The notes: generated by a model from the letters alone, not told the origin. DNA of 64,000 bases from Clostridiales bacterium (GCA_003452915.1 DMMZ01000043.1:4933-68932), one strand, 5' to 3'; positions 28,122 to 38,380 are shown, numbered from the stretch's first letter. Numbers and translations: made by a program.

Positions 28122-28619
28122 ATGGATTTTACTATCAGACAAATGATAGACGATGACTGGACTGTTGTTGTAGATATTTATAAGCAAGGCATGAAAACAA
28201 AAAATGCAACCTTTGAGACGGTTGTTCCAACCTTCGAGGTTTGGGATAAAGGTCACTTGAAAGTTTGCAGACTTATTGCAGAAGCGGATAATATAATTTT
28301 CGGCTGGCTGGCGCTTACTCCTGTAAGCAATCGTTTCGTTTACAGAGGAGTTGCCGAGGTCAGTGTTTATCTTGATGAGAGATACAGAGGAAAAAAAATC
28401 GGAGAAGCACTTCTTAACAGAGCGATTGAAGAATCGGAGAAAAACGGAATCTGGACCTTGCAGTCAACTATTTTTGACACGAACGAAATAAGTATCGCTC
28501 TACATAAAAAATGTGGCTTCAGAATTGTCGGCGTTCGGGAAAAACAGGGCTGTGACGGCGACGGAATCTGGCGTAATGTTGTCCTGATGGAAAGACGCAG
28601 CAAGACGGTAGGAGTTTAG
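28122..28619 (+). CDS. GNAT family N-acetyltransferase (phosphinothricin-acetyltransferase-like)
   Basis: 165 aa. Has an acetyl-CoA-binding motif (RGKKIGEALLNRAIEESEKNGIWTL) and a C-terminal LHKKCGFRIVG. Confidence 0.75.
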   Translation: MDFTIRQMIDDDWTVVVDIYKQGMKTKNATFETVVPTFEVWDKGHLKVCRLIAEADNIIFGWLALTPVSNRFVYRGVAEVSVYLDERYRGKKIGEALLNRAIEESEKNGIWTLQSTIFDTNEISIALHKKCGFRIVGVREKQGCDGDGIWRNVVLMERRSKTVGV

Positions 28620-28626
28620 ATTTAAT

Positions 28627-29526
28627 ATGATTTATAAGTTTAAACAAGATGAAACCGAGAGTATAATTAATCGTTTCGGTAAGGATTTTTACGAAAAAGT
28701 TCTTAGTGATATTGAAAAGTATGCAAATAAGTGGAAGTTAAAATCTTTCTATCTGATACCCTCTTATTCTGCAAATTTAGTTTTTACTTGCAATTCTGAA
28801 AAATATGGAAATGCTATTTTAAAAATCGGCAATTCTTTTAAGGAAATTTCAACAGAATATAATGCTCTTTGCGAATATAACAGCAGACGATTCTGTAAAG
28901 TGTTTGACGCTGATATTGAAAATGGTGTTATGCTAGTAGAACGAATAGAACCGGGAAAACCCTTGAGAGATGAAAATTCGCTTGTCAAAAGACTTTCTGT
29001 GATCAGTGATTTGTATAACGAACTACATATAGCACCGATTAAATCCGATATATACCCGACCTATACCCAATGGGTTAACAGGATAACCGATTATATGAGC
29101 AAGCGGCAAGATTGCAAAGAATTATATGCTTATATGCAAAAAGCAAAGGCTATTTATTTGTCTGTTTCTGAAAGATATTCGAAAAAAATGCTGATTCACG
29201 GAGATTTCCATCATGATAATATATTACAAGATAATAATGGAAAATATATTATTATTGACCCTAAAGGCGTAATAGGTGATCCGATTTTTGACGTTCCGAG
29301 ATTTATTTTAAACGAATATGAATATGATAAAAATGTGCAGTTATACAATAAAATAAATCATATTATAAACAATTTCGAAAAAAGCCTTGATATCCCGAAC
29401 GAGATAATCAAAAAATGTCTATATGTTGAAACGGCTATGGGAGAATGCTGGAGTGTGGAAGATGGTTCATCTCCTGAGGATTATCCTAATCAAATCAAAA
29501 CTGTTGCTTTCGCAGAGTCACTTTAA
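28627..29526 (+). CDS. Aminoglycoside phosphotransferase family protein (APH(6)/streptomycin-kinase-like)
   Basis: 299 aa with the catalytic loop LIHGDFHHDNIL and IIDPKGVIGDP, resembling the APH(6) family. Confidence 0.65.
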   Translation: MIYKFKQDETESIINRFGKDFYEKVLSDIEKYANKWKLKSFYLIPSYSANLVFTCNSEKYGNAILKIGNSFKEISTEYNALCEYNSRRFCKVFDADIENGVMLVERIEPGKPLRDENSLVKRLSVISDLYNELHIAPIKSDIYPTYTQWVNRITDYMSKRQDCKELYAYMQKAKAIYLSVSERYSKKMLIHGDFHHDNILQDNNGKYIIIDPKGVIGDPIFDVPRFILNEYEYDKNVQLYNKINHIINNFEKSLDIPNEIIKKCLYVETAMGECWSVEDGSSPEDYPNQIKTVAFAESL

Positions 29527-29583
29527 AATACCTAACTATAAAATAAAAATCTGCCGAACGATAGCTCAGCAGATTTATTATTT

Positions 29584-30069
29584 TTAACTTAAGGAATTAA
29601 TTTTATCAGCAAATTTCTTTATATTTTCCGGTAAAATATTAGGTAACGGTGTTCCTTTTTTTGCACCTGCTTCTGTCATTTTCTTTACTATAAATTTAAA
29701 AAGTCCTTTTTGTTTCGTTAAATCAATTTCACCGCCGAAGCTATCACCGTAAAAAGATCTCGCAAGTAGATCAGCAGGTATATTTGCTTTTAAAAAATCG
29801 TTTGCTCTTGTAACATCTGCACTGCATACAAAAAAGGCAATTTTCTTGGTTTTTAAAAGTTCGATGTTTGCTTTTACATATTTTTTTGCTGTCTTATGTA
29901 GCATACCGGCACGAATGCTGCCGCCAATAACAACAACATCATAGTTATTCAAGTCAGGATTACCGCTTTGCAGGTCGAAAAGATCAGCACCGTTAAACTG
30001 TTCGGAAAGCAGTTTTGCGCATTTTTCTGTAGTACCTGTTTTACTTGCATATGCAATAAGCGTTTTCAT
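29584..30069 (-). CDS. Flavodoxin-domain protein
   Basis: 161 aa. Starts with the FMN-binding motif MKTLIAYASKTGTTEKCA, followed by VVIGGSIRAG. Confidence 0.75.
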   Translation of the reverse strand: MKTLIAYASKTGTTEKCAKLLSEQFNGADLFDLQSGNPDLNNYDVVVIGGSIRAGMLHKTAKKYVKANIELLKTKKIAFFVCSADVTRANDFLKANIPADLLARSFYGDSFGGEIDLTKQKGLFKFIVKKMTEAGAKKGTPLPNILPENIKKFADKINSLS

Positions 30070-30144
30070 AAAATATCCGTCCTTTATAATTCATATACCA
30101 TATATTATCATATAAAACACTACTTTTCAATAGCAGAATAAAAG

Positions 30145-30636
30145 TTATTGTATAACTCCACAGGCTATTTTTGCCCCTGCGTTGCCGGAAGGTTCGGAAG
30201 AAAAATCGTCCACATTTTTATGAAGTATAATTGTAAGACCTCTTATCTCTTCAACCGTAAAACGATCAGTTAATACTGCACTCCAGGCATAACCATCATT
30301 CCCGAAAATCGGCGGCAGGTCTCCGGCATGATATGGATGTTGACAATTATACGGATTAAAATGTGTTCCCGCATCTGCGAACGGGTCTTCGGCGTTGCCC
30401 GTACAGCTCTTTCCGTTATGAATATGGAAGGCGAAAATCTCACCATTGCATTCGCCTTGTTTATACGGAAGCCCGAATATCTCTGCAACTACCAATACAC
30501 CTTGCTTAGTCTGATGAAAGTTAACAGTACCGTTTATTTCGGGATAATCGGGAGCACCTTTTAAGATAGCCTTAGCAGCAGGACGGTATCTTTCCATAAG
30601 ACGAGAAAATCTCCAGGTATTAGCTAAGTTTTGCAT
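30145..30636 (-). CDS. Cu/Zn superoxide dismutase family protein, no signal peptide
   Basis: 163 aa. Carries the metal-ligand pattern FHIHNGKSC...HFNP...HAGDLPP...ILHKNVDD...GNAGAKIACGVI. I chose the ATG at 30636 behind GGAGG. Confidence 0.7.
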   Translation of the reverse strand: MQNLANTWRFSRLMERYRPAAKAILKGAPDYPEINGTVNFHQTKQGVLVVAEIFGLPYKQGECNGEIFAFHIHNGKSCTGNAEDPFADAGTHFNPYNCQHPYHAGDLPPIFGNDGYAWSAVLTDRFTVEEIRGLTIILHKNVDDFSSEPSGNAGAKIACGVIQ

Positions 30637-30743
30637 ATGTAACCTCCATAAAGATAAATATTTTATTATCATTTATAGAATTATATGATTAGAACTTCTT
30701 CGGTTATGTTTAAAAAATAAAAAATGAATATATCTTCTGTTGC

Positions 30744-30773
30744 TTGACAAATCAGTTTTATATGTGCTATCAT
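30744..30773 (+). promoter_or_regulatory. Sigma-A-like promoter for tRNA-Gly
   Basis: TTGACA, an 18-nt spacer, then TATCAT. It ends 23 nt before the tRNA 5' end. Confidence 0.4.
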
Positions 30774-30796
30774 AAAATGTATATTATACTATATTT

Positions 30797-30870
30797 GCAA
30801 CACTGATGTAATGGCAACATATCTGCTTCCCAAGCAGAATATGCGGGTTCGATTCCCGTGTGTTGCTCCA
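30797..30870 (+). tRNA. tRNA-Gly (anticodon CCC), CCA encoded
   Basis: Hand-folded cloverleaf: acceptor stem GCAACAC/GTGTTGC, D stem ATGT/ACAT, anticodon stem TCTGC/GCAGA with loop TTCCCAA, T arm GCGGG-TTCGATT-CCCGT, discriminator T, then CCA. Confidence 0.85.
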
Positions 30871-30880
30871 AAAAATAACA

Positions 30881-30908
30881 CCCCGAAGATACTTTCGGGG
30901 CTTTTATA
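30881..30908 (+). terminator. Intrinsic terminator after tRNA-Gly
   Basis: CCCCGAAG...CTTTCGGGG hairpin followed by CTTTTAT. Confidence 0.6.
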
Positions 30909-30938
30909 TTAAAAATACGTTTCTAGAGGATTATTAAA

Positions 30939-31481
30939 ATGGAAATTGTGCCAGTAAAAAATAGAAAAACACAAACGAAAATTCAAACACTTACTTTGAT
31001 TCTTGTTATAGCAATTCCATTTATTGTTTTCAAGTTTTTCCCTGCCACTTCTATCGAACAAATAGAAGACACAAACGGTAGTGATACAACTATTGTAACC
31101 TTCAACATAAAAGATTCTTTTTTAAACAACAAAGGAGACATCGTTAATTCTGATTCTGTATCAACCGAAGGAAGCAGCAGCAAGAAAAACATGGATATTA
31201 TTGAGGAAGTTGATTTTGATACTGTAAAATATTCTTTTGTAAAATTCAGCGGAACGAAGATTATTCAACAGACAGAAGCAAGCGGTAAAATGGAATTTTC
31301 GATAAGCAGTCAAATTATAGAAGGTAATTTTCAAGCTGCAATTTTTAAGGATGGGAAATTTGTAAAATCATTTAATGCAGGCGAAAAGGTTACAATAACA
31401 TTTGATGATGTAGGTATATATACAATTATTATCGGTGGAGAAAGCGCAAGCGGTAGCGTAACGGCCCAAAGGCAAAGTTGA
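30939..31481 (+). CDS. Hypothetical membrane-anchored protein
   Basis: 180 aa with an N-terminal TM anchor (LTLILVIAIPFIVFKFF) followed by a soluble domain. I recognise no family. Confidence 0.45.
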   Translation: MEIVPVKNRKTQTKIQTLTLILVIAIPFIVFKFFPATSIEQIEDTNGSDTTIVTFNIKDSFLNNKGDIVNSDSVSTEGSSSKKNMDIIEEVDFDTVKYSFVKFSGTKIIQQTEASGKMEFSISSQIIEGNFQAAIFKDGKFVKSFNAGEKVTITFDDVGIYTIIIGGESASGSVTAQRQS

Positions 31482-31634
31482 AAACGTAAACATAAGATAT
31501 GTATCCTTCAAGACATAATTTGATTTATTATAAAGTTATCATATAATAAAAAAAGCCAACTGAAAATAACAGTTGCCTTCTTTTACTTGACAAGTTAAGG
31601 CGTATATAGATGCCAATGTTTTTTTGTATAATAC

Positions 31635-32189
31635 TTATTTTCTCAGCTTAAAGTCGATATTTTTACTCTTTGCTTTTTCATTAAACCATGATTCTATCAT
31701 TTTAATTTTATCTTTTTGCGGAGTTGTTTCGTCATATTTTTTTATATGTTCTTTTATATCATTCAAATCCGCAAGATCCAAAAGGTTGACAGCAATACAA
31801 AAAAAGTTCTTTTTTCTACCATCGCTATAATTGCTTATTAAGTATTCCAAAAACAAAATTTTTTCATTAAGCTCCGCTTGATACTGTTCAATTCCGTTGT
31901 CAATGGCTTTTTGCATATCATTTATAACATTCCGATAGGTGATGAACGAATCTTTTTCGTTTGGGCATTTATATCTATTACATGGATAATCCTCGCACAT
32001 AAAGCAATACTCAACATCATCATGCTTTCTATTACATGTAATTACTGAGCAACTTGGATGCAGCAGATGAAAATCTTTACCACCGCATCCGGGACACCTT
32101 GATGTTCCCTCGCTTTGATATCTTGGGCAAAGTCCGCAGTTAAGACCACATAAAGAAAACAAGGGATATTTTCTTTTATATTCATTCAT
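31635..32189 (-). CDS. DUF3795-like Cys-rich protein
   Basis: 184 aa with the pattern CGLNCGLCPRY...CPGCGG...HPSCSVITC...CFMCEDYPC, the same Cys pattern as the N-terminus of the 3416-4087 product. Confidence 0.6.
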   Translation of the reverse strand: MNEYKRKYPLFSLCGLNCGLCPRYQSEGTSRCPGCGGKDFHLLHPSCSVITCNRKHDDVEYCFMCEDYPCNRYKCPNEKDSFITYRNVINDMQKAIDNGIEQYQAELNEKILFLEYLISNYSDGRKKNFFCIAVNLLDLADLNDIKEHIKKYDETTPQKDKIKMIESWFNEKAKSKNIDFKLRK

Positions 32190-32261
32190 GATTTATCATC
32201 CTCTTCCTTACAATAAAATAAAATTATTTCGTTGTTTTGACGTTTATAAGTTATTTTACTC

Positions 32262-32304
32262 TATCAAATAAAAGAAGTCGATCGCAAATAACATTCGACT
32301 TCTT
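32262..32304 (-). terminator. Intrinsic terminator after tRNA-Ala
   Basis: On the minus strand, an AAGAAGTCGA...TCGACTTCTT stem (10 bp) is followed by TTTATTTGAT. Confidence 0.55.
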
Positions 32305-32318
32305 TCGATAAATTGTCT

Positions 32319-32394
32319 TGGTGGAACATAGGAGACTTGAACCCCTGACCCCCACACTGCCAGTGTGGTGCGCTCCCAGCTGCGCTAATGCCCC
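32319..32394 (-). tRNA. tRNA-Ala (anticodon GGC), CCA encoded
   Basis: Minus-strand sequence GGGGCATTAGCGCAGCTGGGAGCGCACCACACTGGCAGTGTGGGGGTCAGGGGTTCAAGTCTCCTATGTTCCACCA. The anticodon stem CCACA/TGTGG carries the loop CTGGCAG. The G3:U70 alanine identity pair is present. Confidence 0.85.
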
Positions 32395-32472
32395 GTTAAT
32401 ATTATTATATAAATAATATCATGAATAGAATAAAAAAGCAAGTTCATATTATAATACAAAGAGAATGCTTTT

Positions 32473-33345
32473 TTGGGGGGATTAATTATAAAAAAGACTG
32501 CGGTTCTTCTTTTTTTAATAATTTTGTCCTTAATTTTTCCGCTTACGGCTTCTGCAGACATGGGACCGAAGCCGAAGCTGACTGTCATAGTTGAAAATCC
32601 TCCGGAGGAAGAATATTACCTTGATTTGTTAATAAATTACGACCTGCCGCAGGTTGATAATCTCGCCGACTTGCGGAATACTCTTAATCACGATAAGTTA
32701 AAGTTGCTGGAGGAATATAACCAAAACGGTTGGTGCAGTGCACTTTCACATGGGACAAGAGTTCCGCTTTGGGGTGAGCTGATCGGTGAAAAAATAGATG
32801 GAGTAAATGTCCATACTTTTGGATATTTCGGGCTGCCTGATGTTTATAAAATAATAATTGTTACACCAGAAAACGAGTTAAGAATTACCCGTACAGTTGA
32901 AAGAAGTTCTTATACTTCAACGGTTTATTACGATTATGAAACAGGTAAGCTGACCGAACAAAAAGGGCTTTCGCTTGCATGGACCTATACAAAGCAGTTC
33001 TTGATGAGTTTTGTTTGCACTATTATATTAGAGGGGTTCATACTATTATTATTCAGATTTAAAACAGCTCACACACTTTTTGTATTTTTTATCATTAATC
33101 TTATTACCCAAGCATTTTTAACAATAATAATGTCAACTTCATTTTTACTTTTCGGAATATACGCAAGCTATGCGGTGCTTTTTGCCGTCGAAATTATTAT
33201 TACGGCTTTTGAAGCAACAGCTTATGCTTTTATTATTAAAGAGGGCAAAAAAAGAAAAAGGGTAGCCTACGCTGTGATTGCCAACATTGTCAGCAGTCTT
33301 GCATTGCTCCCTTTAATGTATTTCGAGTATATTTTGTTTTTGTAA
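32473..33345 (+). CDS. Hypothetical membrane protein (signal peptide, extracytoplasmic domain, C-terminal multi-TM region)
   Basis: 290 aa. The signal-like N-terminus ends in TASA; about four C-terminal TM helices follow. The TTG start is uncertain. Confidence 0.45.
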   Translation: MGGLIIKKTAVLLFLIILSLIFPLTASADMGPKPKLTVIVENPPEEEYYLDLLINYDLPQVDNLADLRNTLNHDKLKLLEEYNQNGWCSALSHGTRVPLWGELIGEKIDGVNVHTFGYFGLPDVYKIIIVTPENELRITRTVERSSYTSTVYYDYETGKLTEQKGLSLAWTYTKQFLMSFVCTIILEGFILLLFRFKTAHTLFVFFIINLITQAFLTIIMSTSFLLFGIYASYAVLFAVEIIITAFEATAYAFIIKEGKKRKRVAYAVIANIVSSLALLPLMYFEYILFL

Positions 33346-33687
33346 TTACATTTCCCTTGATGTTATAAGGTTTGCACCTGTTCCTGCAAGATCTTTAATC
33401 AGAATCTGCCCTGCTTTGACAGGGCTTTTTTCTTTGTAGGTATGGATTGTCTTCATACAGTCAAAAAGCTTGTCCTTCGGAATAGGTTTGTCGGTACGCA
33501 CAGGCAGTCGGCGGTGGATTGCACCTTCTATTAAAACAGTTGAGGTCAATATTCGAAGCGGATTTGTTGCTTCGTTTTTGCCGTATTCCGTACCCTTGGG
33601 ACAACTGTTTCCTGTGACATTCAGCGTCACCTCATCTACTTTTAATCTACACCCTCTCGGGCAGACGGTACAAATAAATTCCTTCAT
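33346..33687 (-). CDS. DUF1667 domain protein (small subunit of the FAD-oxidoreductase/glycerol-3-phosphate dehydrogenase-like complex)
   Basis: 113 aa. MKEFICTVCPRGCRLKVD...GNSCPKG is characteristic of DUF1667. The start overlaps the upstream gene stop by 4 nt. Confidence 0.75.
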   Translation of the reverse strand: MKEFICTVCPRGCRLKVDEVTLNVTGNSCPKGTEYGKNEATNPLRILTSTVLIEGAIHRRLPVRTDKPIPKDKLFDCMKTIHTYKEKSPVKAGQILIKDLAGTGANLITSREM

Positions 33688-34952
33688 TTTGCACCTCCAC
33701 TTATAGAAACAGTAATATTCTCACTTACGTCTGCGAGTAGTTTTTTAGGAATAACAATTCGCTCCATCTCACCCGGGGCAAGGAATTCCCGCTTAAAGGA
33801 AGCAATTTTACCGTTTTCTGAGCTTACTTCGATAACAGAATTCTCCGACTTTGCTTTAACACGGAAGAAAATCTCAAGACCTTTTTCTACTCTGTCAATA
33901 ACAGCTATCTGGGGAACGGTATAACCTACTCCGTTCCCGTTTTTTATAGTAACAGCCGATTTTCTATCGTTAGAAATATAGCCGTTTTTAATAAATTCCG
34001 CAGCGTTTTTGCCGGCCTTTTCACTCTCTGCCGAAACATAATCAACCAAGTCATGAACGTGCAAAACATTGCCGCAGGCGAAAATTCCGTCTGTTTCGGT
34101 CTGCATATCGTCGTAAACAATAGCTCCGTTTGTTCTGAAATCTATCGGAATGCCTGCTGATCTTGTCAGTTCGTTTTCCGGAATAAGTCCAACACTGAGA
34201 AGCAGGGTGTCACAGTTAAACTCTTTTTCGGTTCCCAATATAGGCTTGTAATTACTGTCAACCTGTGATATAACTACCTTTTCAATGCGGTTTTTTCCTA
34301 TAACTTCGGTTACAGTATGCGAAAGATAAAGCGGTATTCCAAAGTCGTCAAGACACTGTGCGATGTTTCGGCTTAATCCATTGGAGTGGGGCATAAGCTC
34401 TGAAACCGCAAGAACATTAGCACCCTCAAGCGTCATTCGGCGAGCCATAATTAGCCCAATATCACCACTACCGAGAATAACCACACGCTTGCCAACAAGG
34501 TAACCGTTTATATTCATATAACGCTGTGCACTGCCTGCGGAAAAAATTCCGCTACCTCTGTCACCCGGCATTCCAATTGGACCTCTGTTTCGTTCACGGC
34601 AGCCCATTGCAAGGATTATAGCTTTGGCATTTATAATAAAAAGTCCGTTGGTTTTATTTACACAGGTTATTTGCTTGTCGGAGTTAAGCGACAAGACCAT
34701 AGTCCCAAGCATAACTTTAATATTAGTTTCAGTAAGACGATTAATAAACCTAGTCGCATATTCGGGACCTGTTAATTCCTGCCCGAATCTATGCAGACCA
34801 AAACCGTTATGTATGCACTGGTTGAGTATTCCGCCCAGTTCAACATCACGCTCAAGTATAACAATCTTCTCTATACCATTTTCGTATGCTGCAATCGCCG
34901 CTGCAAGTCCGGCAGGACCGCCGCCGATAACGACTAAATCATATTCAAGCAT
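33684..34952 (-). CDS. NAD(P)/FAD-dependent oxidoreductase (pyridine nucleotide-disulfide family)
   Basis: 422 aa with the dinucleotide folds DLVVIGGGPAGLAAA and VVILGSGDIGLIMA, plus an ACGNVLHVHDLVD motif. Confidence 0.8.
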   Translation of the reverse strand: MLEYDLVVIGGGPAGLAAAIAAYENGIEKIVILERDVELGGILNQCIHNGFGLHRFGQELTGPEYATRFINRLTETNIKVMLGTMVLSLNSDKQITCVNKTNGLFIINAKAIILAMGCRERNRGPIGMPGDRGSGIFSAGSAQRYMNINGYLVGKRVVILGSGDIGLIMARRMTLEGANVLAVSELMPHSNGLSRNIAQCLDDFGIPLYLSHTVTEVIGKNRIEKVVISQVDSNYKPILGTEKEFNCDTLLLSVGLIPENELTRSAGIPIDFRTNGAIVYDDMQTETDGIFACGNVLHVHDLVDYVSAESEKAGKNAAEFIKNGYISNDRKSAVTIKNGNGVGYTVPQIAVIDRVEKGLEIFFRVKAKSENSVIEVSSENGKIASFKREFLAPGEMERIVIPKKLLADVSENITVSISGGAK

Positions 34953-34985
34953 TTTTTTGATTTATCCCCTAATAATAAACTAAGA

Positions 34986-36410
34986 TTAAAACTCACCTAA
35001 CACTATATACGAGCCTTTTTTATCCTGCTCAACCTGCTCGAAAGGAATACCTAACTCACGACTGATAATCTCGTGAACTCTCGGAGAACAAAATCCTCCC
35101 TGACATCTGCCCATACCTGTTCCTGCTCGTCTTTTTACACCGTCAAGTGTTCTTGGAGGTAACGGAGAATGCAAAGCCTGTAAAATTTCACCCTCTGTGA
35201 TAGTATTGCAGCGGCAGACTATGTTACCGTATGCAGGGTTCTCTTTTATACATTTTTTCTTTTCTTCGTCAGAAAGCTCGTTAAACACAATTCGTTTTCT
35301 GCTGTCAGAATAGTTTTCTTTTTGCTCTAACTCAAGTCCACTCTTTTCTAAAAGCTCTAAAACATACTCTGCAATAGCAGGAGCGGCGGATAAACCCGGG
35401 GACTTAATTCCTGCAACATTTATAAAACGAGGAGAAAAAGAAGCAGGTTCTATTATAAAATCATCTCTTGTGGAAATTGCTCTCAAGCCTGAAAAATTCC
35501 GTACATTATCGCGATAATTTATTTTATCGGTCGTATGTTTAGCTGTATTTGCTACAAAATCAAGTCCCTCACGGGTTGTAGCTAAATCATCGGACTTATT
35601 ATCAATCTCGGCATTAGGACCAACAATAAGATTTCCCGATGTTGTGGGAGAAACTAATATACCCTTACCAGCCTTTGTGGGGCATTGGAAAAGTATGTGA
35701 TGTATTAGCTCGCCTTGATTTTTGTCAAGCAAATAATATTGTCCCTTAGAGGGCAATATCGAAAAATCACATTCTCCTGCCATTTTGCATATGATATCAG
35801 AATGTATTCCTGCTGCATTTATTATATAATTTGCTTGTATTTTCTGCCTACTGGTGGTTATTTTAAAATAATCGTTAATATTTTCTATTGCTGTTACTTC
35901 GTTTTCCAGGAAAAATTCACAGCCATTCTCAGCCGCAACCTCGCACATAGCGGTGCAAAGCTCCCATGGAGAAACAACAGCTGCGCTTGGTGCCCAAAGA
36001 GAACCTTTTATGTGTTTATCTATATTCGGTTCTTTTGCAAACGTCTCTTCCGCTTTTAAAATCTGCATATCAGGAACGCCGTTGATTTTACCACGTTCGT
36101 ATAGCTTATTAATCGTCTTCAAATCCTGTTCGTTAAATGCAAGAACCAACGAACCAATTTGTTTATATGGGACAGAAAGTCTTGGTGCAAGTTCTTTAAT
36201 CAAAGCCGTTCCACGAACATTCAACCGTGCCATAAGCGTGTCCGGCTCAGGATCATATCCGGCATGAATAATTGCACTGTTTGCCTTTGTAGTACCCATG
36301 GAAACATCGGTTTCTTTTTCGATTACGCATATCTTAAGCTTCTTCTGCGAAAGCAAAAAGCTAACAGAAGCACCGCAAATACCAGCACCGATTATCGCAA
36401 CATCGTACAT
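34986..36410 (-). CDS. FAD-dependent oxidoreductase, anaerobic glycerol-3-phosphate dehydrogenase-like with a BFD-like [2Fe-2S] domain
   Basis: Has the DAO-family N-terminus MYDVAIIGAGICGASV and a C-terminal CRCNTITEGEI...GMGRCQGGFC motif. I chose the ATG at 36410. Confidence 0.75.
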   Translation of the reverse strand: MYDVAIIGAGICGASVSFLLSQKKLKICVIEKETDVSMGTTKANSAIIHAGYDPEPDTLMARLNVRGTALIKELAPRLSVPYKQIGSLVLAFNEQDLKTINKLYERGKINGVPDMQILKAEETFAKEPNIDKHIKGSLWAPSAAVVSPWELCTAMCEVAAENGCEFFLENEVTAIENINDYFKITTSRQKIQANYIINAAGIHSDIICKMAGECDFSILPSKGQYYLLDKNQGELIHHILFQCPTKAGKGILVSPTTSGNLIVGPNAEIDNKSDDLATTREGLDFVANTAKHTTDKINYRDNVRNFSGLRAISTRDDFIIEPASFSPRFINVAGIKSPGLSAAPAIAEYVLELLEKSGLELEQKENYSDSRKRIVFNELSDEEKKKCIKENPAYGNIVCRCNTITEGEILQALHSPLPPRTLDGVKRRAGTGMGRCQGGFCSPRVHEIISRELGIPFEQVEQDKKGSYIVLGEF

Positions 36411-36495
36411 AATAATCACCAATATAAATATCTATTTATAAATCAAAACAATGCGAAATAAAAAACTCTATTAAACCGTGTATTTATATTCCGTT

Positions 36496-38313
36496 TTATT
36501 TTTTTGATTTGTCTTTCGCACGTAAAGCACCGACTAAAATTCTTTTTCTTAGTCTAATCGATTTTGGTGTAACTTCTATAAGTTCATCCTCACCGATAAA
36601 TTCAAGTGCTTCCTCAAGGCTCATTTTCTTGGGAGTGACAAGACGAAGTGCCTCATCCGCTCCTGTTGAGCGAATAGCTGTCAAATGCTTTTTCTTGCAG
36701 ACGTTGACAACGATATCCTCACCCTTGGGAGACATTCCAACAAGCATTCCCTCATAAACCTTTGTTGCAGGATTGATAAACATTATACCTCTATCCTGAG
36801 CGTTGAAAAGACCGTAGGAGGTTGCTTCACCTGTTTCGTAAGCAATTAGAGAACCTGTAAAACGCTTTTGAATTTCACCCCTATCAGGCTGATAACCCTC
36901 AAAAAGTGTGTTTATAGTACCTTCACCCTTGGTGTCGGTTAAAAATTCAGTCTTGTAACCAAAAAGTCCTCTGGTGGGGATAAGAAATTCAAGGTGCATA
37001 CGTTCACCCTTGGGACGCATTTCGACAAGCTCACCCTTTCGGTAACCCATACGCTCCATAACAGCACTTACGCTTTCCCTCGGAACATCGATAATGCAAC
37101 GGTCAATAGGCTCACAGACAACTCCGTCAATTTCTCTGTAAATAATTCTGGGAGTGCTGACCATAAATTCATAGCCCTCACGTCTCATGTTCTCCATCAA
37201 TATCGAAAGGTGCATTTCGCCACGTCCGCAAACATTGTAGCTGTCGGCACTGTTGGTTTCGCTTACACGGAGTGACATATCCTTAATAGCTTCTTTAAAG
37301 AGGTAATCTCTTATATGACGTGTGGTAACATATTTACCTTCTCTGCCTGCAAACGGACTGTTATTAACCGAGAAGGTCATTTCCATTGTCGGTTCACCGA
37401 TTTTCACAAATGGTAGCGGATCAGCCGCTAAAGCCGAACAAATTGTATTTCCGATAGAAATATCCTCAATACCCGAAATGCAGACTATATCGCCTACCGA
37501 GCCTGATTCGGCAGGTACTCTCGCAAGTCCATCGATCTGAAACATAGCAGTAATACGACTCTTGCGGTTGACATCGGTCAAATGGTAATCACAAACCAAA
37601 ACATCCTGTTTTAGCTTGAAACTTCCACGTTCGATTCTTCCTATCGCAATTTTACCTACATATTCGTTATAATCGACAGAAGATACAAGCATTTGACCTT
37701 CGCCGTTCTCGTCACCCTCAGGTGCTGGAATGTGCTGAAGAATCATTTCAAAGAGAGGAGTAAGGTCGCTGCCAGCATCATCAGGTGTAAGAGATGCTGT
37801 ACCTTTTCTGCCTGAGCAGAAAACAACCGGTGAATCCAGCTGTTCATCGTTCGCATCAAGCTCAAGTAAAAGCTCAAGAACCTCATCGGGCACTTCATAA
37901 ACTCTTGCATCAGGACGGTCTATTTTATTTATAACAACAATAACCTTATGTCCGAGTTCAATAGCCTTTTGCAATACAAAACGAGTTTGTGGCATAGGAC
38001 CTTCAGCAGCGTCTACCAAAAGAAGAACGCCGTTAACCATTTTTAATATACGCTCAACCTCGCCGCTGAAGTCGGCGTGTCCGGGAGTGTCTACAATGTT
38101 TATTTTAGCATCCTTGTAAAAGGTGGATGTATTCTTCGCAAGAATTGTAATTCCACGCTCTCTTTCAAGATCGTTGGAATCCATTATTCGCTCTCCGATT
38201 GCTTGGTTTTCACGGAAAAGCCCTCCGAATTTAAGCATTTCGTCCACTAGCGTAGTCTTGCCATGGTCGACATGCGCAATAATAGCTATATTTCTAAGAT
38301 CGTTTCTAACCAT
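36496..38313 (-). CDS. typA: Translational GTPase TypA/BipA
   Basis: 605 aa. Has [18 protein letters not shown] and NKID G-motifs and the BipA-type C-terminal domain. Confidence 0.95.
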   Translation of the reverse strand: MVRNDLRNIAIIAHVDHGKTTLVDEMLKFGGLFRENQAIGERIMDSNDLERERGITILAKNTSTFYKDAKINIVDTPGHADFSGEVERILKMVNGVLLLVDAAEGPMPQTRFVLQKAIELGHKVIVVINKIDRPDARVYEVPDEVLELLLELDANDEQLDSPVVFCSGRKGTASLTPDDAGSDLTPLFEMILQHIPAPEGDENGEGQMLVSSVDYNEYVGKIAIGRIERGSFKLKQDVLVCDYHLTDVNRKSRITAMFQIDGLARVPAESGSVGDIVCISGIEDISIGNTICSALAADPLPFVKIGEPTMEMTFSVNNSPFAGREGKYVTTRHIRDYLFKEAIKDMSLRVSETNSADSYNVCGRGEMHLSILMENMRREGYEFMVSTPRIIYREIDGVVCEPIDRCIIDVPRESVSAVMERMGYRKGELVEMRPKGERMHLEFLIPTRGLFGYKTEFLTDTKGEGTINTLFEGYQPDRGEIQKRFTGSLIAYETGEATSYGLFNAQDRGIMFINPATKVYEGMLVGMSPKGEDIVVNVCKKKHLTAIRSTGADEALRLVTPKKMSLEEALEFIGEDELIEVTPKSIRLRKRILVGALRAKDKSKK

Positions 38314-38380
38314 ATTATAAAAAAAGTTCCTTCCAAAAGGCTAATGCTGTTTAACCCTTATAAATTAATTAATTCTCGTA

